Shown: positions 57,146-64,000 of the stretch, piece after piece
Layout of the letters: each line of letters starts with the position of its first letter
Position numbering within the stretch: position 1 is the stretch's first letter
DNA from: a virus
IMG/VR virus record: IMGVR_UViG_3300028610_001072
Span: 37,524-101,523 of that record
Length of the DNA stretch: 64,000 nucleotides
Reading direction: 5' to 3' (one strand)
Made by a program: the position numbers and the translations under genes
Notes under the pieces: generated by a model
The model's input: only the letters and a program-made list of their open reading frames with translations
What the model was told of the DNA's origin: nothing
The model's database searches: none

Positions 57146-58305
57146 GCTGCGGCTCCAACTTTAATTATGGTCTCCAATGATTTGCGAGCTTTCCGGCGGC
57201 GGCGTTTCCCCTTAATCCCCTTGGCATTCAGGTAGCCGTCAATGGTGCCGCCACTCTCGAAAAACTTCTGAGCGAATTGCATTTCCCGGTCCAGTTTCTT
57301 CATCTCTTCATTGATGAGAGCCACCTTGCGGGCAGTGACGGCCAGCTTGCCTTTTTCCTTCGCTAGTGCAGGAATGATCTTCGCGCCGTTCTTTTCGCTT
57401 ACTCGATCCATTAGGCTTCCGAAGTCATCCAGTAATTTCCCAAGGTCGCGCTCCAGTGAATTCCTGCGCTGCTTTGTGATCCGCTGGCCGATGGTGTTAC
57501 CCTCGATGCTAAATAGCCCGGTCTGGGTCTGTGAACTTTGATAGCGGCCAACCATCCCCCGTAACGCTTCAGTGGAGATTTTTCCCATATTCAGCCGCTT
57601 GATAATATTCTGCTGGTAAGCTGGTTTAAGGTTTGCGGTGGATATGATTTCCGCCCGGCGTACTGTCATTGAGCCATGCCTCACCATCTCCTGCAACTGG
57701 GGGATCAGGCTCAGGAATGATATGCGCCGCTCAACCGTCACTTTGGATGTGCCAACCGCCTCAGCTATATCGTCCGCCGTTGCGCCGGTGTCAACCAACT
57801 TTTGATAGGCTGTGGCCTCTTCCATCGGATTCATTTCCTCACGGCCAACATTCTCCGCCACCTGAATCTCAGCAATTTCTTTCTCGTCGGTAATGTGATA
57901 AACCTTCGCATTGGCGATTTCAACCCCTGCGATCTGCATGGCTCTCCAGCGCCGCTCCCCTGCGATCAGCATGTAGTCGCCTTTAAGGTCCGGGTGTGGC
58001 CGGATTACAATATCCTGTAGTAGTCCTATTTTTTTAATACTGGCGGCCAGCTCCTTCAATTTGCCTTCATCGAAGTGCTCCCGTGGCTGGGTAGGATCGC
58101 GGTGGATCGCGCCAACCGGCACCTGAGCCTTACTGGTTTTCGCCTCGACCTTGACAAGCTGCTTCCCGCCGAAAAGGTCCTCTGGATATTCGTACTGGTA
58201 ATGGCCGGGCGCACCGATTCGCTTGGTGTATTTATGACCGGGCTTCATTGTGCCGGTAGCACTCTTCCTGAGTCTCGACTTGATTAAGATTTGAACGCCT
58301 TCCAT
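57142..58305 (-). CDS. ParB/Spo0J-like protein with N-terminal extension
   Basis: QPREHFDEGKLKELAASIKKIGLLQDIVIR...LIAGERRWRA...ENVGREEMNPMEEA followed by an HTH. Confidence 0.9.
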   Translation of the reverse strand: MEGVQILIKSRLRKSATGTMKPGHKYTKRIGAPGHYQYEYPEDLFGGKQLVKVEAKTSKAQVPVGAIHRDPTQPREHFDEGKLKELAASIKKIGLLQDIVIRPHPDLKGDYMLIAGERRWRAMQIAGVEIANAKVYHITDEKEIAEIQVAENVGREEMNPMEEATAYQKLVDTGATADDIAEAVGTSKVTVERRISFLSLIPQLQEMVRHGSMTVRRAEIISTANLKPAYQQNIIKRLNMGKISTEALRGMVGRYQSSQTQTGLFSIEGNTIGQRITKQRRNSLERDLGKLLDDFGSLMDRVSEKNGAKIIPALAKEKGKLAVTARKVALINEEMKKLDREMQFAQKFFESGGTIDGYLNAKGIKGKRRRRKARKSLETIIKVGAAA

Positions 58306-58571
58306 AATTCCTTCAGTATATATCCCAGTCCTGTTAATGCCAGCAGCGCAGTGCCGCTATCTTTTGCCATATTCGTAACTACTTGCGTAACCGTCTTGAC
58401 TTCATCGGCGGCCACATGAATTGCATCCGGCATAAATACTCTGACCGTGATAATCGCGCCTGCCAACATAACCCCAACGGTTATATGTTGCCGGTGTTTC
58501 TTGATAGCAGCCAGCTTTGCAGCCTCTCGTTTTTTAGCCCGCTCACGCTTGGCTTTGGTTGACAATTTCAT
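58284..58571 (-). CDS. Hypothetical membrane protein
   Basis: Basic N-terminus and two hydrophobic segments. Confidence 0.55.
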   Translation of the reverse strand: MKLSTKAKRERAKKREAAKLAAIKKHRQHITVGVMLAGAIITVRVFMPDAIHVAADEVKTVTQVVTNMAKDSGTALLALTGLGYILKELWKAFKS

Positions 58572-60274
58572 CGTGCGCCTGCTTTGGTCCTGCCCATAAT
58601 TATTATGGATTTCTGGACTCCGGTATAGGTCATACCCCGAGCACTGTAATAGCCCTGCCCTGTCTCGAATACTGCATCGAGTAACTGGTATCCTGATGGT
58701 TTGAAATATTTCTCAGCCGTTTCTCGATAGGCGTGTGCATCTCGGGCGCTGGGATGTGATCCCACCGTGATGCAATTCACGGACCCTGTATCGAGCATGT
58801 GCTTCATTAGGGCCTTGCTGTACTTCGTCTGGGTGGCACTGAGATTCAGGTGATTATCTCCCAGTAGAAAAAATCCCGTGACATTATTCTGCCCGTTTAG
58901 GGTGATCCCCCAGACCCCCTTCCCATGCTCGGCTTGTATCCATTTCCCTAACCGAGCAGCGTCTTGGGCTGAAGTGACCGCCATATCTGGCATACCTGAA
59001 GGAGCTGATTCTCGGCTTGTCACCTTGATTTCGGAAATGGGATGCTCAACCCAGCTACGTTTTTGCGTTGGGACGTAATCGTCTTTAGCCCTGTCAATGT
59101 ATGGCTCAAATGTGGTGAAGGTTAGCTTGCCACCATGAATGATAACATCGCCCTGATGTTCAATCCCGAATTTCTTGGCGAAGGCTTTTATCCTGTCAGT
59201 GATGGCATAGTCGTCCCGTGAGGGATTAGGGCTGCCTGATGGGTGATTGTGAATTCCCCAATACTTCTTTGCCTTATTGGCTCTCAATACGCTGAGGATC
59301 ACCCGTGGATCAACTGTTGAATCGGTTATGCCGCCCATGCTATGCAGTTCGACTGATATGAGTTTATCATCCTTATCCGTGCCAACTACCCAGTATTTTT
59401 CCCGTGCGTCATCCCGCATACTTTTAAATATCGCGGCTATATCTCCAGCCTTCGTGATCTTGGTTCCCGGTACTTTAATTGACCCGGTTGGCATGGCTCC
59501 GACTTTTACGAAGGACATTCCCTTGATTTTACGGGACTTACCTTTTTTGGTCCGGCTGTCCTGATGCTCACGGACAGTTGTAATCTTACCAGATTTCGTG
59601 TGCCGGAGATGGGTTTTAATCTTGGCCTTGATCATCTGGGGCTTATTCGCCGTCGCCAGTACCTTCGGCTTGAACTTATCGAAGGTCATGGTGGTGCAGC
59701 TCATAAACATATCGCGGCGGTCATAATTCTTTAGATAATCCTCAATGGCCTGCTCTCTCGATCTCCAGCCCAACATGCACTTGTCTTCATCATACTTGCC
59801 GGTTTTCACATTCCTTTGATGGATCACGTACACCTTTGGAGCATTCGGCTCGGGACCCATAAAGCAGTCTACATGATCTTTATCAACTCCAGTAGTCCCC
59901 CGGATGTAGCCATAATCGAAATGGAGCAGGCTTCGCCATTCGTTCCCGTCGGGGTCTTTCCCAGTTCGATAGGTCCCGGCGGGATTCTCTATGGAAATTT
60001 TCAGACCCCTGAAAGTCAGACGTTTGCGGATAGGATGCCCGCTCCATGTTTTCGACTTCAGTAAAATTTGGGGGATAGGCGGAATACGGTTATCACCCCG
60101 CACCCCGTCCCTATCCCCTCCGCCCTTGGAAGCACTCACACTCAAAGCTTTTTCCAGTTGTCCAGATATAATCAGATCATGGACATCCGGCACTCCAGCT
60201 AAGGGGACGCCTAAATAGACATCCCCCTCTGCACTCAGGCAGAACCGGTCGCCGTTTGGGGTAGAATTATTCAC
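58568..60274 (-). CDS. Polyvalent protein: inorganic-pyrophosphatase-like domain plus RadC-like JAB domain(s)
   Basis: ISIENPAGTYRTG...DYGYIRGTTGVDKDHVDCFMGP...YDEDKCMLG; REKYWVV...HNHPSGSPNPSRDD; second degenerate JAB (GSHPS). Confidence 0.85.
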   Translation of the reverse strand: MNNSTPNGDRFCLSAEGDVYLGVPLAGVPDVHDLIISGQLEKALSVSASKGGGDRDGVRGDNRIPPIPQILLKSKTWSGHPIRKRLTFRGLKISIENPAGTYRTGKDPDGNEWRSLLHFDYGYIRGTTGVDKDHVDCFMGPEPNAPKVYVIHQRNVKTGKYDEDKCMLGWRSREQAIEDYLKNYDRRDMFMSCTTMTFDKFKPKVLATANKPQMIKAKIKTHLRHTKSGKITTVREHQDSRTKKGKSRKIKGMSFVKVGAMPTGSIKVPGTKITKAGDIAAIFKSMRDDAREKYWVVGTDKDDKLISVELHSMGGITDSTVDPRVILSVLRANKAKKYWGIHNHPSGSPNPSRDDYAITDRIKAFAKKFGIEHQGDVIIHGGKLTFTTFEPYIDRAKDDYVPTQKRSWVEHPISEIKVTSRESAPSGMPDMAVTSAQDAARLGKWIQAEHGKGVWGITLNGQNNVTGFFLLGDNHLNLSATQTKYSKALMKHMLDTGSVNCITVGSHPSARDAHAYRETAEKYFKPSGYQLLDAVFETGQGYYSARGMTYTGVQKSIIIMGRTKAGAR

Positions 60275-62964
60275 TACAGCCCGTACTCATGGAGATCATA
60301 CTCCGACAGTTTGTACTTCTTTTTCGGGTCCAGATTCCGGGCGATCCTATCCAGCTTCTCGATCCTCTGGCGTAGGTTGCGAAGCCTGTACGGCTCTACG
60401 GGTGGCTTCGCGTCTGTCTCCACAGATGCCGCCATGTCGGGTGCCATTTCATTATTATCGGTTGGCGTCGGCTTTAGCCCGGCCCGCCATTCAGCTAACC
60501 CTCGCAGGAGATCGCCCTGACATTCACCAATTTTGCAGCGTGTGGCAAATATAATATCCTTCCCGCTCTTCGTGAATTCGAGAGACTTGGAAAGCTTGCC
60601 AACCTCGACCGCTTTTTGAAGGACTGGATATTGATTCATGTCGATGGATTTCTTTGCGGGCTGTTTCCGAGCGGCTTCAATCATAGCTGCTTCTTTGGCG
60701 GCAGCCCTTTCAGGATTCTTTTTTCGATCTGCCTTGGTCGGGAGACCTGCATCGGCCCTATGCCCCTCCCATTTGCTTTCATGGTGAGCCGACCTTTCAT
60801 AGTGATGTTCATATTTGGATGAACCTTTTTTATGCCTTTTTAGCCGCTCGTCGTGATGCTCCATTCTGGCTTTATGGTGCTCAGCCATCTCTACAAAATG
60901 ATGTGTCCCCCCGTATTGATGGGCTGACACGAATCCACGCTGACCCGGTTTCCGAGTCTTTTGATGTTCCCGGACGGTTGTAATCGTTCCTGATTTGGTC
61001 CGGCGCTGATGTTGCTTGACTGTCCCGACTGCTTTTTGCAGTAGGGGGTATTTATCGAGATCATTCATTGTTCCGCTCTCCATTGATTTCTTAGCTGATG
61101 TGTATGCCGCTCTGAATTCCTTGAGTCCAAGATAGCCCTCTGTTTGTGCTGGAGTTAAGCCAAATTCTTCCCCCTTCTTATGGAGATTGGTGAGCGTATC
61201 CGCAGCACCTTTTTTGTTACCAGCCTTGAATTGCTGGATGTACTCATTGGCCCATTTTCGCATTCCTACCCTATCCTCGAGGGGGATTTTATTTTCCTGT
61301 CCTCGGTGCTGGGTTTGATGTTCCCGGACGGTTGTGATCTTCCCTGATTTGGTCCGGCGTTGATGCTGCTTGACCGTGCCGACTGCCTTTGCCAGCAGGG
61401 GGTAATTTTCGAGGCCATTCATATCTGACTCCATTGACTTCGTGAATCGGGGTGTGCCATGCTTCTTTTTTAGCAGCTCGAATGCCAGATCGGATACCTT
61501 ATAGATATTGAATCCATCGCCGGTTGTATCGGTTTTTTTAATACCCCGGCCTTTCAATTCGATATTGGTCGTGAGATAAATCGATCCATAATGACCGTAT
61601 TCATAGTCCCATACTCCGGGACGATCACCGGTGTACTTTTTCTTGTATTCGGATTCCATGTTATCAATTCTGGTCTGGAGTAGTTTTCTCTTCCCAGATT
61701 CTTTATCACCGATCCGGTTCCGTTTTTCCTTCAGGCTATTGATAGCCTTTCTGGCTGTGAGCTGCTGGGCAGCTTTTTGGGATTCAGCGTGACCAATATC
61801 CGCTTTTTCTCGGGCTGTTATTAGCGCCTTATCTTTGCGCCGTTGCTCGTCATGGGTTAAGGATTCTCCCGTATTATTATACTGAAATTCCCCGTGCTGC
61901 TGCTGTATCTTTTTAAGTGCTGCCTCGGTGACACTATAGGTTTTCAGCCCGAGCCGGTGATCACTGCCATCCCCTGACTGTCTGATTCCCCGCCCTTTAA
62001 GGTCCAAGTGTGTTGTGACGTAGTAGTCTCCCCCGTGGGATACTTTATATTCCCGGACCTGTGCCGGTTTCCCTGTGAATGGCTTCAAGTCGGATTCCTT
62101 GGGCAGTGCTTCTCTCAGAAAGTGGCTCCGTTGATTAACATAGTGCTTCGCCTCAGCGTTGGTCATCTTGCCGGTGTATTTGAAATGATCTATTATTTCG
62201 GCGTCTGATGAGCTCTCGTCATTGGATAGGACGGACGCAATCCATTGACGTTTCAGGCCATCTTTTTGCTTCTTAGTCCGGCTATCGGTGTGCTCCCGGA
62301 CAGTGCCAGTTTTACCGCTTTTGTAATGACGGATGTGCGCTACAACCTTGCCCTTCCGCAATAACATCATTGCTTTGCCCATAGTCCCCAGACTGGTAGC
62401 CATTCCGGTGTGCATCTCAATGACATCCGTGAGCATATCGTTATAGATACCCTTGGCGTCAGTGACCTTTTTGTACGTTGGTCCTTTGGTGATCCGTCCA
62501 AATTCCACATCGTAGGTATCCACCGCATTTAGGGTGATCCTGATCATGTGGATGCTGCTGGAGTTCCGGCCAATCCTGAATTGGAGATAGGCATCGCCGT
62601 TCTCATGGGTCCCGGCTCCGTAGCCTTTGGCACCGATCATGTACAGGGCTTGCCTACCAATTTGCTTCTGGATAGTGTGAGCCACAGCCAGCGCATATTT
62701 ATTATCGGCGGCTCGCCTCTTCTGGCGGCTGTCTTCATGCTCCCTGACATTGACCACCTTACCCGCTTGGCGGCGCTGGTGAGCCTTAACATGAGCTTTG
62801 AGTAATATGGGTTGCATGGCTTTCTTCCCCTTCATCTGTTGGTAGATGCCCATCGTGTAAGCATAGAATTCGTCGGAGCCTTCGGATTTCGTTTTCCGGG
62901 CAATTCCCTTCGCCTTATTCCACAGGTGCTCATCACGTTCGTTTTTGACGACGTTGGTTGGCAT
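60274..62964 (-). CDS. Modular polyprotein, probable internal head protein
   Basis: Four copies of the V..H.R...GK...VREH tag, each preceded by LxK[A/G], separating unrelated small domains. Confidence 0.75.
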   Translation of the reverse strand: MPTNVVKNERDEHLWNKAKGIARKTKSEGSDEFYAYTMGIYQQMKGKKAMQPILLKAHVKAHQRRQAGKVVNVREHEDSRQKRRAADNKYALAVAHTIQKQIGRQALYMIGAKGYGAGTHENGDAYLQFRIGRNSSSIHMIRITLNAVDTYDVEFGRITKGPTYKKVTDAKGIYNDMLTDVIEMHTGMATSLGTMGKAMMLLRKGKVVAHIRHYKSGKTGTVREHTDSRTKKQKDGLKRQWIASVLSNDESSSDAEIIDHFKYTGKMTNAEAKHYVNQRSHFLREALPKESDLKPFTGKPAQVREYKVSHGGDYYVTTHLDLKGRGIRQSGDGSDHRLGLKTYSVTEAALKKIQQQHGEFQYNNTGESLTHDEQRRKDKALITAREKADIGHAESQKAAQQLTARKAINSLKEKRNRIGDKESGKRKLLQTRIDNMESEYKKKYTGDRPGVWDYEYGHYGSIYLTTNIELKGRGIKKTDTTGDGFNIYKVSDLAFELLKKKHGTPRFTKSMESDMNGLENYPLLAKAVGTVKQHQRRTKSGKITTVREHQTQHRGQENKIPLEDRVGMRKWANEYIQQFKAGNKKGAADTLTNLHKKGEEFGLTPAQTEGYLGLKEFRAAYTSAKKSMESGTMNDLDKYPLLQKAVGTVKQHQRRTKSGTITTVREHQKTRKPGQRGFVSAHQYGGTHHFVEMAEHHKARMEHHDERLKRHKKGSSKYEHHYERSAHHESKWEGHRADAGLPTKADRKKNPERAAAKEAAMIEAARKQPAKKSIDMNQYPVLQKAVEVGKLSKSLEFTKSGKDIIFATRCKIGECQGDLLRGLAEWRAGLKPTPTDNNEMAPDMAASVETDAKPPVEPYRLRNLRQRIEKLDRIARNLDPKKKYKLSEYDLHEYGL
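60960..61404. repeat. ~90-bp imperfect direct repeat (60960-61050 and 61314-61404) encoding YPLL.KAVGTVKQHQRRTKSG.ITTVREHQ
   Basis: Seen at DNA and protein level; the differences are mostly synonymous. Confidence 0.9.
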
Positions 62965-62965
62965 C

Positions 62966-63283
62966 TCAGCTACCCCCGTCTCCCCCTATTTTACTGTAAT
63001 GGTACTGGAGTGTGGCATCGATCTCAGCCTTGAGCTTATCCAGTGTCTCGATGTCCAATTGGGCCAGATCACAATCACGGGCCACCATAAGTATCCCCGG
63101 ATCGTGGCCGGTTTTTTCATGGACAACTTGCCTGATTAAATCTAGGGTATATTTCCCCTCTTCCTTGCTCATCTCCATTGGCACCCGGACCAGTAGCACA
63201 GTATCATCTTTAACGTCCAAAGCTGATAGATGGTCGTCAGTGACCATAAACTGGGTTTCGTTGGCGAGGCGTTCTTCCATCAT
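62966..63283 (-). CDS. Hypothetical protein
   Basis: Start moved to ATG 63283 (AGGTG RBS). Confidence 0.55.
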   Translation of the reverse strand: MMEERLANETQFMVTDDHLSALDVKDDTVLLVRVPMEMSKEEGKYTLDLIRQVVHEKTGHDPGILMVARDCDLAQLDIETLDKLKAEIDATLQYHYSKIGGDGGS

Positions 63284-63507
63284 TTCACACCTACTTCCGG
63301 TGTGATCTCCAGAGCCGGTTTTCCCCTGAACGGCTTTGTGAGTACCCGCCAGATTGCCACTACTAAATCCTTGAGCCGGATGTACCAGAATCGTTTCAGC
63401 CGTAGTGGTGCTCTCAGGAATTCCGGCACCCACATTTCTGGATAGTCCCCATCGATGACAATTGATACATAGTTTTTATTGGCCTTGCCTCTATTTTTCT
63501 TCGCCAT
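63280..63507 (-). CDS. Hypothetical protein
   Basis: Coupled ORF. Confidence 0.5.
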   Translation of the reverse strand: MAKKNRGKANKNYVSIVIDGDYPEMWVPEFLRAPLRLKRFWYIRLKDLVVAIWRVLTKPFRGKPALEITPEVGVK

Positions 63508-63878
63508 TATTCAGCCTCTCCCTTCCGCACCATTTTCTTGAACTGTTTTTCGCGCTTCCCAGTGAGTGTAGCGCGATCTTTTTCAGCGGCCTTGGTTTTA
63601 ATCTGCTCCTCTACCTCACGGAGAGCTCGCTCCTGCTGCCGCATTTCAATATTGCGGAGTTCGGCTTCGAGATCATTGATCTTAACCTTTTCGGCCTCGA
63701 TCTTCCATTGGGCGAACCAGCGGGTGAGAATCCAACTACCGTTGATAATATTCTCATAGGCCCGGATTGTTAGGATGTGAGAGGATGTAGCTGATGTTAG
63801 GGTATTGACCGCCTGAGTGAGCTTATCACATCGCAGGTGCAATTCCTTGAATTCTAATATCTGCTGTGCATCATTCAT
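63507..63878 (-). CDS. Hypothetical coiled-coil protein
   Basis: Coupled ORF. Confidence 0.55.
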   Translation of the reverse strand: MNDAQQILEFKELHLRCDKLTQAVNTLTSATSSHILTIRAYENIINGSWILTRWFAQWKIEAEKVKINDLEAELRNIEMRQQERALREVEEQIKTKAAEKDRATLTGKREKQFKKMVRKGEAE

Positions 63879-64000
63879 GCTGGGACCTCAAACTTTTCCA
63901 GTAATGTATTGATGGTGTCGCGCAGTCGGGTAAGTTCCTCACGATCTTGGATTGCCGATACATCAGCACCTTTCCCAAGGAATAGGGCCGGGAAAATAAT

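Noticed and set aside
57142-58305. Complete plasmid-prophage ParABS system
   Set aside because: No ParA and no canonical TGTTTCACGTGAAACA parS were seen, and ParB lies within the cargo operon.
7325-63773. Numerous other short plus-strand ORFs in the track
   Set aside because: They are antisense shadows of minus-strand genes, with no recognisable motifs.
1-64000. Alternative genetic code (stop-codon reassignment)
   Set aside because: Long genes are intact and tightly coupled under the standard code, and TAA, TAG and TGA all serve as stops.

Overview
This window is about 64 kb of a large tailed phage or prophage with a contractile tail and SPO1/Herelleviridae-like morphogenesis genes. Nearly everything is encoded on the minus strand. 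In transcription order (right to left): (1) 51.6-63 kb is a cluster of probable internal-head (ejected) proteins: a modular polyprotein, a pyrophosphatase-JAB fusion, ParB, an SNF2 helicase and a sigma-70-like factor. They carry recurring [LIVM]-x-K-[S/A/G] sites resembling those in the capsid and scaffold, and most carry a shared basic 'V..H.R..KSGK...V.EH' tag. (2) 39.5-51.5 kb is an early/accessory island of small genes driven by five copies of a conserved ~45-bp promoter-like repeat, with a sixth copy before the recombination/replication operon. It also holds tRNA-like intergenic hairpins. (3) 5.9-39.3 kb holds protease/scaffold, capsid, neck, lysis cassette (with a pseudo-receiver protein), sheath, tube, chaperones, tape measure, baseplate and tail fibres. 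(4) 1-5.8 kb holds a J-domain gene, an Arc-like regulator, a putative annealing protein, a fused SbcD-SbcC gene and the 5' part of a replication initiator. No portal, terminase, integrase, CRISPR array or complete tRNA was recognised. The most notable hypothesis is a tag-and-cleave virion cargo system that includes a packaged sigma factor, which may read the conserved early promoters. All calls come from motif recognition by eye; no database searches were run.
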